Source of the DNA: Planctomycetota bacterium
GTDB lineage: Bacteria > Planctomycetota > MHYJ01 > WSZJ01 > JACPWG01
Assembly (NCBI GenBank): GCA_016197205.1
Contig: JACPWG010000081.1
Coordinates: 151,657-215,656 of the forward strand
Length of the DNA: 64,000 nucleotides
Direction: 5' to 3'
Shown piece after piece: positions 28,248 to 37,733 of this stretch (position 1 is the first letter of the stretch; the number at the start of each line of letters is the position of its first letter). Position numbers and translations under genes: made by a program. Below the pieces are notes generated by a model that made no database searches, had not been told where the DNA came from, and worked only from the letters and a program-made list of their open reading frames with translations.

Positions 28248-30241
28248 TATTGACCCGGCTCGCCGCCCGCCTGGCGACGCGGCGGGTGGGCCTTGACGAA
28301 CGACTCCTCGAAGAGCTCGGTCACGACGCGGCCGGACAGGCCGCGCGGGACAGGGAACCCGAGGAGGTAGAGCACGGTCGGCGTGACGTCGTAGATGGAC
28401 GCCTGGACCCCGAGCGCGCCCTTCCGGACCGGGCCGCCCGCCGCCACAAGCACTCCGGTCGGGCCGTGCGCCTCGGGCAGGAGCGGGTTGTGCCGGAGCA
28501 TCTGGAAGCCATGGTCGCTTACCACGAGCAGGACGGTACGTTCATCGGCGGCCTCGAAGCAGGGCCGGAGCCGCCGGTCGAGCCGCCGGTGGTGACCGTT
28601 CAGGATCCTGCCCCAGCGACGGACCTCGTCCGCGTCGAGCTCGTCGAAGCGCTCCGGCCAGCGATGAGGGGCGAAGTAGTGGTTCACCTCGTCCTCCAGA
28701 CCGGAAACGATCAAGTTCAGGTCCGCGGGCCGACTCTTGAAGAGCTCGAGGCCGACGCGATGGATGTTTTCCTCGACCGCGGTGTCCCATTTCAGGTGGG
28801 CGAGGCGGAGCGGGGTCGGCGCGGCCTCCTGAAGGGAGAGCCGAAGCTCCACCCAGTCGGCGGCGCTGAAGTCCCCATACTCCGCGAGCCCTTCGACCGG
28901 GTACTTCGCGGGCGGGACCGTGAGGGCCTCGACCTCGGCGCGCAGGCTTTCGGGCTCGACGAGGGCGTGCGTTGCCCGGAGCGGGAAGCGCACCCAAATC
29001 CACTCGCGAAAAAAAGCGTCACTGACGATGCAGCCGCGGGGTTCGGCCGCCGGGTACGACGTCCAGCAGTTCACCACGTTGGCCTTCCCGCCGCCCGCCT
29101 CCACGAGCTCCCAGAGCGTGTCGGCCCGCCGATGTTCGGCGGTCACGGGGTGGAGCTGCACGAGGCCGAGCATGTGGAGCGAAGCGGCGATGCCCTGGAA
29201 CGGAAAGAGCCAGCGGCTGTCGAGCCCCTGGCGCGGGGCGAAGCGGCACCCGGCGCAGTCGAGCGCGAGGTAGGAGATGATCCCGTGCTCGGAGGAGGGC
29301 CGACCCGTCTGGATCGTGCTCCAGCAGGTGGGGGACTCGAACGGCGCCTCCGAGGCCAGGTCGCCGCGCGCGCCGCGAGCGAGCACCCGCTGGAAATGCG
29401 GCAGCTCGCCGTCCGCGAGCATGTCGTCGAGGATGTTCCAGGAGGCACCGTCGAGTCCGAGGAGCAGCACCCGGAGACCGGTCTCCACGCGCTCCGCGGC
29501 GGCGGGCCCGGCCCCGCGAGGGGCCTGCGGCCGGAGCGCGGTGCGGACGGCGCCCGCTGCCAGGTTGCCGCCGAGTACCGCGAGGAGGACGAGGAGCGCG
29601 CCCCGGGCGGCGACCCGGTCGGGCAGCCGGCGAAGAGGCCGACCGGCGAACGCGACGACGGCCAGCGAGACGATCGCGAGCGCGGCGTCGGCCAGGATCC
29701 ATTGGAACGGATGGAGCCCGCGTTCCACGGCGTGGAACATCGGGACGAGGTAGCCGTCGATGGACACGAGCGCGAGGAGAAGCATCGCCGCGTGGAAGAG
29801 CAGGCTTTCGGCGAGATGCGCGCCGACCGGGCGGAGCTGAGTGTTCGCGCGCTCGAGGGCGGGCGCGGCGAGGAAGACGGCCGCGTGCACGGCGCACCGC
29901 AGCAGCGCCCACGCCGCGGCGGGCACGGCCAGCCACGCGCCGAGCAGGAGGCCGAGCGCGGCCTGTTCGGGGAAGGGGCGCGTGAAGTTCATCGTGAGCG
30001 CGGCGGGGAGGAGGTAGGCGGAGCCTACGGCGAAGGCCGACACGAGCGCGGCGAACTCCCTGCGGGCGAGGTCGCGGGCGAAGCGGAGGAGGTGGGGAGT
30101 CGGGGTCGCGACCGCGTCCGCCCGCTCGTGGGCGGGGGCCGCGGCGCTCGAGCCCCCTGCGGGAAGGGGGCCCGCGGCGGCGCCTACGGGCGGGGGACTC
30201 TGGCCCTCGCGGAACGCGGAGGCGTCGGGGAGTCCGTCCAT
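28247..30241 (-). CDS. Membrane-bound alkaline-phosphatase-superfamily (type I phosphodiesterase) protein
   Basis: N-terminal TM segments; LLGLDGASW, SPTCWSTIQTG, VVSDHGF, DVTPTVLYLLG. Confidence 0.85.
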   Translation of the reverse strand: MDGLPDASAFREGQSPPPVGAAAGPLPAGGSSAAAPAHERADAVATPTPHLLRFARDLARREFAALVSAFAVGSAYLLPAALTMNFTRPFPEQAALGLLLGAWLAVPAAAWALLRCAVHAAVFLAAPALERANTQLRPVGAHLAESLLFHAAMLLLALVSIDGYLVPMFHAVERGLHPFQWILADAALAIVSLAVVAFAGRPLRRLPDRVAARGALLVLLAVLGGNLAAGAVRTALRPQAPRGAGPAAAERVETGLRVLLLGLDGASWNILDDMLADGELPHFQRVLARGARGDLASEAPFESPTCWSTIQTGRPSSEHGIISYLALDCAGCRFAPRQGLDSRWLFPFQGIAASLHMLGLVQLHPVTAEHRRADTLWELVEAGGGKANVVNCWTSYPAAEPRGCIVSDAFFREWIWVRFPLRATHALVEPESLRAEVEALTVPPAKYPVEGLAEYGDFSAADWVELRLSLQEAAPTPLRLAHLKWDTAVEENIHRVGLELFKSRPADLNLIVSGLEDEVNHYFAPHRWPERFDELDADEVRRWGRILNGHHRRLDRRLRPCFEAADERTVLLVVSDHGFQMLRHNPLLPEAHGPTGVLVAAGGPVRKGALGVQASIYDVTPTVLYLLGFPVPRGLSGRVVTELFEESFVKAHPPRRQAGGEPGQ

Positions 30242-30492
30242 CTGTCACCAGCTCCCCAGGGCTCGCCGTCTTTCGAAGCAGCAAGCCGTGAATTGCATTC
30301 GACCGCCGGCCAGTGTAGTGTGCGCCCCGCCGGCGGTCAACGGATTCCGGAGGCCGCACGTCCGGCGTCCGTCGCCCCTTGCCGGCTCCGCGGGGGGCCC
30401 GCAAACCCACAATTCCATTGTATTCGGACGGGGGCGAGCCTAGAATAAACGCAGCGAAAACCCGGCTGCGAGCTCCCTTTCCCCCGCCGTCC

Positions 30493-30658
30493 GCTCGCAA
30501 AAAAAACAACAACCCGAACTGAGGCTAAACTCGACCGACGGCGGCAAATGGCTAGATCATGGCTCCGCGTCCCAGCTAGACGCGGGCGAAATTTGAGATT
30601 TGAAATTTGACTTTTTGCAATTTGAAATTCGACCCGGCCGCGTGGGGCGAATGCGAGC
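30493..30658. repeat. Repeat family F, left copy
   Basis: About 165 bp with an AAATTTG 7-mer array; inverted homologue at 31632-31958. Confidence 0.8.
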
Positions 30659-31494
30659 CCAACCGGGACGGGACGAAGGCCTTCGGGGGCTGCACGTTCT
30701 GCGCGAACGAGAGCTTCAGTCCGAACACGCGCGGCCCGCGACGGAGCGTCCGCGACCAGGTGCTTGCCGGGATGGAGTTCTACCGGCGGCGCAACGCGGC
30801 GGAGCGCTTCATCGTGTACTTCCAGGCCTTCACGAACACCCACGCCCCGGCGGAGACGCTGCGGCGGGCGTACGACGAGGCCTTCGTTTCGGACGACGTG
30901 ATCGGGCTGTCGGTCGGGACGCGGCCGGACTGCGTGCCGGACGACGTGCTCGACCTGCTGGCGGAATACGCCCGCAAGTGCGACTTGTGGGTGGAGTACG
31001 GCCTCCAGTCGATGCACGACGAGACCCTGCGCGCCGTGAATCGGGCGCACGGCTTCGCCGAGTACGTGGACGCGGTGGAACGGACGCGGCGCCGTTGCCC
31101 GACCGCGCGGATCTGCGCTCACCTGATGCACGGCCTGCCCGGGGAGACGCCGGCGATGATGCGGGCGACCGTGGAGCGCGTGGCCGACGTGGGGCTGGAC
31201 GGGATCAAGCTCCACCACCTCTACGTGTCTCCCCGCACCGCGCTGGAGGCGCAGCTCCGGCGCGGGGAGTTGCGGACGCTCGCTTTCGAGGAGTACGTCG
31301 GCCTGGTCTGCGACAGCCTGGAGCGCCTGCCCGCGGAGGTCGTGGTCCAGCGGCTCATGGGGGAGCTCGACGGTCCCTGGGTGGTCGCGCCGCGTTGGGG
31401 CCGCTCGAAGGCGGAAGTCTTGCGTGCGATCGACGGGGAGCTGGAGCGTCGCGACACCTGGCAGGGGAAGCTGCGCGGCGCGCCGCGTCCCTGA
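30607..31494 (+). pseudogene. yhcC: TIGR01212/YhcC-type radical SAM gene, 5'-truncated at repeat F
   Basis: PNRDGTKAFGGCTFC, YFQAFTNT, GTRPDC, EYGLQS, GIKLHHL. The sequence upstream of PNRDG is repeat DNA rather than the usual N-terminal ...DAGFTC segment. Confidence 0.7.
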
Positions 31495-31631
31495 GTACCG
31501 CTCCGCTACTTTTTTTTCAACAAGCCGAAGGGAAGCTAAAATCGATCTCTCCGTCCGTTGCCAGAGATGATCGCCGGTAGAGGACGGTGGACTCAGCGCC
31601 CGGCCTCTGCGTCTCCGCGTCTCTGTGGTAA

Positions 31632-31958
31632 AGTCACGCGTTCGACCCACACGGCCGGGCCGAATTTCAACTTGCAAAAAGTCAAATTTCAAATTTCGCC
31701 CGCGTCTAGCTGGGACACAGAGCCCTGATCCAGCCATTTGCCGCCGTCGGTCGAGTTTAGCCTCAGTACCGCCCCACAGAATTGGGTGACCAATTTCCTC
31801 GACGATTTCGGCCGCCTGCTTCGTTGCGCTCGCTCGACGTAGTTCTCCGTTACGACGCCTCGCTCGCGCGCCTCGCGGGCGGCCGAACTTGCCTTCGGCT
31901 ATTGGTCACCGACTTCCGTGGAGCGGTACTCAGTCCGGGTTGTTATTTTTTTTTGACT
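31632..31958. repeat. Repeat family F, right (inverted) copy with nested family A
   Basis: Reverse complement matches 30499-30655 once 31766-31929 is removed. Confidence 0.8.
31766..31929. mobile_element. MITE family A, copy 3 (164 bp, reverse orientation)
   Basis: TCA...TCA duplication; GTACCGC/GCGGTAC ends. Confidence 0.85.
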
Positions 31959-32015
31959 CCCTGGCTCATAAGTATGCGTTCGGGTCGCATGGAGCCCTTG
32001 CGAGGAGAACCCAGG

Positions 32016-33005
32016 ATGTCCGCCGCCGCCGTCTCCCGACGAAGCGTGAGCTCGCTCTGCTTCCGTCTGTCGCTCCTGGTCGCGGGCTTCGCCTTCATCT
32101 CCCACCTGATCGCCGTGGGCTTCGACCCCGTGGCGTTCGTCCAGATCGCGTGGTGGAAGCATCAGGTCCGGACCAGCGACCGCGCGGCCCGAACCGACGC
32201 CTTGCGCGACCTCGGCAACACCGGCAACACCGCCGTGCTGCCGTTCCTTCTGGACGCCATGCACAAGGACGACTTCAACGACCCCTCGAATTGGCGTGCC
32301 TCCTTCGCCGTCATGCGCTTCGACGCGGAGGCCGTCCCCTACCTCGACCGCGCGATCGAGGACGAGGACCCGAATCTGCGCAAGCTGGCCATCCTCATGC
32401 TCGTGGCCCTGCGGATGAACCAGGCCGGGCCGTTTCTCCGGAAGGGGATCCGGAGCCCGGACCCGGAGGTCCGCAAATGGACGCTCCTTGCGGCCCTCAA
32501 CCGGGGACTCGCGTTCAGCGTCCGCCGCGACCTCGCGATCGGGTCGTTCGAAGACCCGGACCCGGGCGTGCGCGCGGCCGCGTTCACCTGCGTGCGGGAC
32601 CGGCGGGATGCGGACTGCCTCGCGCTCCTGCAACGCTCGGCCGGGCAGGACAACCTCACGACGAGGTCCTCCGCGGAAGTGATCCTGGCCCAGCTCGGCT
32701 ACAAGGAGAACATCCCCCGCGTGATCGCCTACATCGGCGCCACGAACCCGCACGAGCTGCATCACGAACCCGTCGGTCAATACGCCGCCCAGTGGCTCGT
32801 ACGCTTCATTCGCTTCATTCGGACCCGGGACAACTCCTCCGAGCTGCTGCCCCTGCTCGCCCAGACGAGGCGCGTGGCGGACGGGGAGGCGACGCCTCCC
32901 GAGCTCACCGCGACGGGGGAGCAGTGGAAGGCATGGTGGGAGCAGAACAGCGAGCAATTGAGCTGGAACGAAAGGGACGGCTGGCTCCTGGCGAGACGGG
33001 AATGA
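32016..33005 (+). CDS. Membrane-anchored HEAT-repeat protein
   Basis: TM segment followed by repeated DEDPNLR / SPDPEVR / DPDPGVR HEAT motifs. Confidence 0.75.
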   Translation: MSAAAVSRRSVSSLCFRLSLLVAGFAFISHLIAVGFDPVAFVQIAWWKHQVRTSDRAARTDALRDLGNTGNTAVLPFLLDAMHKDDFNDPSNWRASFAVMRFDAEAVPYLDRAIEDEDPNLRKLAILMLVALRMNQAGPFLRKGIRSPDPEVRKWTLLAALNRGLAFSVRRDLAIGSFEDPDPGVRAAAFTCVRDRRDADCLALLQRSAGQDNLTTRSSAEVILAQLGYKENIPRVIAYIGATNPHELHHEPVGQYAAQWLVRFIRFIRTRDNSSELLPLLAQTRRVADGEATPPELTATGEQWKAWWEQNSEQLSWNERDGWLLARRE

Positions 33006-33604
33006 GCGCGCGTTCCCCTTGGATCGAGGGGCTGCGGCTCGCGCTCGGCGGCCGGGCCCGGCGCGAGCTGCCCGCGGGCGGATGGAAGCCCGCGGCCGTG
33101 CTCGTCCCCCTGCTCCGCCGTCATGGGACGGAGAGCCTCCTGCTCACGCGGCGCAGCGAAGAGGTGGCCACCCACCGTGGACAAGTCTGTTTCCCCGGCG
33201 GTCGCCGGGACCCGCGTGATCGCGACCTCGCGGAGACGGCGCTACGCGAGGCGAAGGAAGAGCTGGGGATCCCGGCCGCCGCGGTCGACCTCCTCGGCGC
33301 GCTGGACGATTGTCGGACCCTGACCTCGTCCTTCCTGATCACGCCCTTCGTCGGCTACCTCCCGGAGGATCTGCCGCTGTCCCCTCGACGGGAAGAGGTC
33401 GCCGAAGTGCTGGAGATCCCGCTCGGCGCACTCCTGGCGACGGGGGCCCGCACGGAGGAAGTGCGACGCGTGGGGGGAGCCTGGCTCCCGCTCGAGGTGT
33501 ACGTCTGGCGCGAAGCCCGCATCTGGGGCGCGACCGCCCGGATCCTGGGGCAGCTCCTGCCCTTGGTCCGTTCGCTCTCCGTACCGCCCCACGCAATTGG
33601 GTGA
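33002..33604 (+). CDS. Nudix hydrolase, CoA pyrophosphatase-like
   Basis: AAVLVPL, LLTRRS..HRGQVCFPGGR..ALREAKEELG, IWGATA; its last codons lie inside MITE A copy 4. Confidence 0.9.
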   Translation: MSARSPWIEGLRLALGGRARRELPAGGWKPAAVLVPLLRRHGTESLLLTRRSEEVATHRGQVCFPGGRRDPRDRDLAETALREAKEELGIPAAAVDLLGALDDCRTLTSSFLITPFVGYLPEDLPLSPRREEVAEVLEIPLGALLATGARTEEVRRVGGAWLPLEVYVWREARIWGATARILGQLLPLVRSLSVPPHAIG

Positions 33605-33744
33605 CCAATTCTCTCGGCGATTTTGGCCGCCCGCGTCGTTGCGCTCGCTCGCCGTAGTGCTCAGTGACTACGCCTCGCTCGCGCGCCTAGCGGGCGGCCA
33701 AACTTGCCTTCGCCTATGGGTCACCGACTTCCGTGGAGCGGTAC
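33581..33744. mobile_element. MITE family A, copy 4 (164 bp)
   Basis: Same ends and core as the other copies; flanks TCC/TCA. Confidence 0.85.
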
Positions 33745-33758
33745 TCAGAGCATTTCCG

Positions 33759-33787
33759 TTGACAAGGCGGCGAGCGCAACTTAGATT
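33759..33787 (+). promoter_or_regulatory. Sigma70-like promoter
   Basis: TTGACA-17 bp-TAGATT. Confidence 0.55.
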
Positions 33788-34030
33788 AGAAAGTTTGCGG
33801 CCGGAATCGGGACGACCTGGCCGGCCGACCCCTTCCCGGGGCCCGGCGTCACAACGCGCTTCGCCCCTGGCCGGCGGCGTCAAGACCGGGTGGCTCCCTT
33901 CCCGGTTTCGATCCGCGTCGTCACCGGAAGCCGTTCGCCCCGGCCTCCAGCATCGCCCAGCCAAGCAGTTTTCCCGCGGCCCTTGCGTCGTCGGCGCGGG
34001 GGCCGAGGCTTCGTCGCGTCGGGGAAGCCC

Positions 34031-35092
34031 ATGTCCTTCCACCCTGCGGGCTCCATCACGGGCATCGGCAGCCTTCCCCATCGGGGCGCCGCCGAGGCCG
34101 TGGAATGGGTGTTCCGGAACACGCCGGACCTGCCCTTCTGGCCCCAGCTCCCCGCTTCGCCCGGGGGCAGGGACATGGTGGGCCAATTCCAGACCGGCTT
34201 TCCCGGCCTCGTGAACCCCGCCGGCCCCCCGCTCGTGAACAACGATTCGGCGGGCTTCCGGGAGGGGTGCGAGCGGCTCGGGGCGGACCTGGCCGCCGGC
34301 AACCTCGACCCGTACGGCTTCACCCCCGACGAAGCCCCGGGCTGGTTCGCGTTCGTCGCCCGGTTCTCCGGCGCCGGGCGCACCACCCGCTTCGTCAAGG
34401 GGCAAGTCACCGGTCCCGCCACGCTGAGCACCAGCTTCGCGAACAAGAACCGCGTCTCCATGTTCGTGACCGCGGACGCGTTCGAGGCCGCCGTGCAATG
34501 GGTGACCTTGAAGGGGCTGTGGCAGATCCGGGAACTCCTCCGTCTGGGCGCGACGCCGGTCCTCTTCCTCGACGAGCCGATCCTGGATCCCGTGTTGGGC
34601 GGCTACTCGCGGACGGCGGAGGAACGGGGGCTGGCCGGGCTCCGCCGCGTCCTCGCCTCCTGGCGCGCCGCGGGCGCCGTGGCCGGGCTGCACGTCTGCC
34701 CCCAGGTGCGCTGGAAGCCGCTCTTCGAACTGGGCGCCGACGTGTTGAGTTTTGATGCGGCGCAGTACCTCGAGGACTTCCTGCAGGAGCTCGACGCGGT
34801 ACGAAACTTTTTTCGGGCGGGCGGCGTGGTGGCCTGGGGCGTGATCCCTACCCATTCGCCGACGTGCGAGCTGGAGCCGACGGCGGCCCGACGGCAGCTC
34901 GACGACGCGCTCGGCCGCATTGCGGACCCGACCCTGGCGCGGGAACAGCTCCTTCGGCAGTCGCTCTTCACGCCCGCGTGCGGGACCGGCGGGCTCGAGC
35001 TGCACCGGAGCGAAGCGGTTTTTCAAGCGCTCAAGGCGGTCGCGCGCTCCTACGTCGAAGCGGCGGAACCTTTGCCGGCGCTCCCTCACTGA
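34031..35092 (+). CDS. Cobalamin-independent methionine synthase-like (UROD/MetE fold) protein
   Basis: TGIGSLPH, PFWPQLP, KGQVTGPATL, FLDEP, GLHVC, AWGVIPT, TPACG. Confidence 0.8.
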   Translation: MSFHPAGSITGIGSLPHRGAAEAVEWVFRNTPDLPFWPQLPASPGGRDMVGQFQTGFPGLVNPAGPPLVNNDSAGFREGCERLGADLAAGNLDPYGFTPDEAPGWFAFVARFSGAGRTTRFVKGQVTGPATLSTSFANKNRVSMFVTADAFEAAVQWVTLKGLWQIRELLRLGATPVLFLDEPILDPVLGGYSRTAEERGLAGLRRVLASWRAAGAVAGLHVCPQVRWKPLFELGADVLSFDAAQYLEDFLQELDAVRNFFRAGGVVAWGVIPTHSPTCELEPTAARRQLDDALGRIADPTLAREQLLRQSLFTPACGTGGLELHRSEAVFQALKAVARSYVEAAEPLPALPH

Positions 35093-35108
35093 CGAAGGGC
35101 CTGGCCGC

Positions 35109-35894
35109 ATGCCGGACGAGCCGAGCGGGAGCTCGCCCCGAGCTCCCCGCGATCCCCCCGTCCCCTCCCCCTGTCCCCCCCTCTCCCGCCCCGCCGGTCC
35201 CGAACCGGCGCCTGGGTCGGCTGCGCCCACGGCCACGGCCGCCTCCCGCCGAACGCCGGGGGCCGACGTGTCCGCGCCGGGTACCTGGGAAGGCTGGTAC
35301 CGCACCGGGGAAGACGGCTGGGACAAGGGGGCCGTCGCCCCTCCCCTGGCCCGGCTCGCGGCCGAGGGCGTCCTGGCCCCGTGCCGGCTGGCGGTCCTCG
35401 GGTGCGGGCGGGGACACGACGCGCTCCATTTCGCCCGGCTCGGTTTCGACGTCACGGCCGTGGATTTCGCCGAGACCGCCTGTCGCGAAGCGCGGTCGAG
35501 GGCGGCCGCGAGCGGCCTCGCGCTGACGGTCCTCCAGCGCGACGTCTTCACCCTCGCCCCCGCATACGAAGGAACCTTCGACGCGGTCCTGGAGCACACC
35601 TGCTTTTGCGCGATCGACCCGAGCCGCCGGCCCGACTATGCCCGCGTCGTGGCGGCGCTCTTGCGCCCGCGCGGCCTCCACTTCGGACTTTTTTTTCGTC
35701 CCTTGGAGCCCGGCAACCCGCCGTTCACCACCGACGAGGAAGAAGTCAGACGGCTGTTCCGTGCGGGGTTCGAGTTGCTCCGCCTGGAGGTGCCGCCCGA
35801 CTCGTTTGAGCCGCGGCGCGGCCGGGAGCTCCTGTTCGTGTTCCGTCGACGCGAGGGGCTGCACCGTCCGGCCGACTCCGGCCAAGGCACTTGA
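35109..35894 (+). CDS. TPMT-like class I SAM methyltransferase
   Basis: GWDKG, VLGCGRGHDA, EHTCFCAIDP, PPF. Confidence 0.85.
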   Translation: MPDEPSGSSPRAPRDPPVPSPCPPLSRPAGPEPAPGSAAPTATAASRRTPGADVSAPGTWEGWYRTGEDGWDKGAVAPPLARLAAEGVLAPCRLAVLGCGRGHDALHFARLGFDVTAVDFAETACREARSRAAASGLALTVLQRDVFTLAPAYEGTFDAVLEHTCFCAIDPSRRPDYARVVAALLRPRGLHFGLFFRPLEPGNPPFTTDEEEVRRLFRAGFELLRLEVPPDSFEPRRGRELLFVFRRREGLHRPADSGQGT

Positions 35895-35919
35895 CAGGGC
35901 CCGAGTTCGGGGCTATGCT
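35891..35919 (+). promoter_or_regulatory. Sigma70-like promoter
   Basis: TTGACA-17 bp-TATGCT. Confidence 0.55.
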
Positions 35920-35997
35920 ATTCCCCCTGGTAGGGGAGAGGGCCGGGGTGTGCGGTGCTACGAGCGTCGCGCCCGTGTCCGGGTTCGGTTGCGGTTA

Positions 35998-36120
35998 GCG
36001 CCCGCGCAAAAATAACTGCGCAGATTCGGACCTCGAGGCTCCTGGGGGCGCGGCCCTCTGGGCCGCGCCCCCAGGCATCGGTCGATCCACGGAAATGTAA
36101 AGTAATTCTTGCGCGGGCGG
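35998..36120. mobile_element. MITE family E, copy 2, inserted in repeat H
   Basis: TTA...TTA duplication; the flanks match the uninterrupted repeat at 63823-63905. Confidence 0.85.
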
Positions 36121-36395
36121 TTACCCGCGTCAGGAGCCGAGGCCGACTGCGGGGCATCGCGGGCCCCACGCGTACTTCGATCGTCGAGGGGCTTGTTCTC
36201 CTGCGGACATTTTTTCCCGCGTTCGGGGACTTCTAGACGCGAAGGACGGGAAACACGCGAACTCGGCGAAGACGATTGCTCTTCGTGGCCTTCGGCAGTC
36301 GCGCGTGATTCCTGCCCCGTCGGGCCGCCGGGACACCGCGCATCGCGACGCCGGCAACTGTTCGGCTGCGGCAACGCCGCGCTGGGAAAGCGCGC

Positions 36396-37001
36396 ATGGA
36401 TCCAACCAAATCCGCGTTCACCACCGGGGAAGTCGCCCGCCTTTGCAGCGTGTCCGCGCCGACGGTGATTCGCTGGATTCAGGAGGGGCGCCTTTCGGCC
36501 TTCCGGGTCGCCGACAACGGGGGGCGCAGGATCTCACGACAGAGCTTGCTCGAGTTTGCCCGCCGCCACACGATCGCGCTCGGGCCGCTGTTCGAAGGCT
36601 CGAGCTCGACGCGGCTCCTCGCCGTCACGACGGACCCCGGCTTGGAGCGCGCTCTCCGGGGGACGCTCACCCAGCAGAAAGGCTTCGAGCTCCGGGTCGT
36701 GGCGGGCGCGTTCGAGGCGGGAGCGGCCGCGTTGCTGCTGCGGCCCCACGCCCTGCTGCTCGACGTGGAAGCGGCAGGCATCCAGCCGGTGCGAATCACC
36801 CAGGTCGTGCGCGAACAGGCGGAGCTTTCCCACACGAAGGTCGTGCTCTTCTCGCCGATCCAGAGCCGGGAAGAGGCGGAGTCCCTCCTCGTGGCGAACG
36901 CCGACGCCTATCTGGAGAAGCCGCTGGATCCGGATCGCCTGCTGGCCCGGCTCGGCAAGTTTGAATTTCGGGGGCCCCTCGCGGCGAAGCCGGGTAGCTA
37001 G
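36396..37001 (+). CDS. Excisionase-like HTH plus receiver-domain regulator
   Basis: FTTGEVARLCSVSAPTVIRWI..GGRRI, followed by a degenerate REC domain (LLLD, YLEKP). Confidence 0.82.
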   Translation: MDPTKSAFTTGEVARLCSVSAPTVIRWIQEGRLSAFRVADNGGRRISRQSLLEFARRHTIALGPLFEGSSSTRLLAVTTDPGLERALRGTLTQQKGFELRVVAGAFEAGAAALLLRPHALLLDVEAAGIQPVRITQVVREQAELSHTKVVLFSPIQSREEAESLLVANADAYLEKPLDPDRLLARLGKFEFRGPLAAKPGS

Positions 37002-37129
37002 CGGTCCGTGGACGAAGTCCAGTCACGACGCCTGGGGGCGCGGGCCTCCGGCCCGCGCGAACGGCCGCATGGGGTACGACCCGCCGTGGCAGCATTGACG
37101 ACTGTGTCCGAAGTTCGTCAACGTGCCAC
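37001..37129. mobile_element. Repeat family D, uninterrupted copy
   Basis: Imperfect TIRs GCGGTCCGTGGACGAAG / GTTCGTCAACGTGCCAC. Confidence 0.7.
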
Positions 37130-37302
37130 GAGTGGTCCGTGGACGGCCTGAGGACACGATCGTCCACTCTGTTACGGCCGATCACGGCCCATGGAGCCGC
37201 TCACGCGGGCCGGCCTGCATGTCGGAGGCGGAGGTGGGGCGAGGGGCGAATACGAAGACAGCCGATCCGACGGACCGGCTCCAATACCCGAGGAGATGGC
37301 AG

Positions 37303-37614
37303 ATGGTGAAGCAGACCGGAAAGAGCGGCGGGGGCCGGGGCGGCAAGACGGCCGCGGGCCCGCGAGCGCTCGATTCGGAGGGGGCGGACCGGGCGATCCG
37401 GAAGGGACGGGGCGACCTCCTGACCGAGCGGGAGAACGAGGTCATGCTCTTCTTGGCGGACGGGCTCACCAACAAGGAGGCGGCCTCACGTCTTCGCGTA
37501 AGCTACAAGACCGTGGATACCCACCGGACGAACCTCATGAAGAAGCTGGAGATCCACTCCGTCACGGGGCTCGTCAAGTACGCCCTCTTGAGCCACCGCG
37601 CGCACCTCCCGTAG
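37303..37614 (+). CDS. Stand-alone LuxR-type HTH regulator
   Basis: LTERENEV..GLTNKEAA..SYKTVDTHRTNLMKKL; AGGAG upstream of the ATG. Confidence 0.85.
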   Translation: MVKQTGKSGGGRGGKTAAGPRALDSEGADRAIRKGRGDLLTERENEVMLFLADGLTNKEAASRLRVSYKTVDTHRTNLMKKLEIHSVTGLVKYALLSHRAHLP

Positions 37615-37733
37615 CGGCCCGCAAGGGAACAAGTCGGGCACTTACGCCAGTCTGTGTAGGCCGGAAGGCCGGCCCTTCCAAGCCGGCTGCAGGCCGGCGT
37701 CCCGGTGCGGTTTCCGGCGTCGTCCACGCCCTC

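Noticed and set aside
36396-37001. Prophage or ICE excisionase
   Set aside because: The HTH is fused to a receiver domain, and there is no integrase or phage gene nearby
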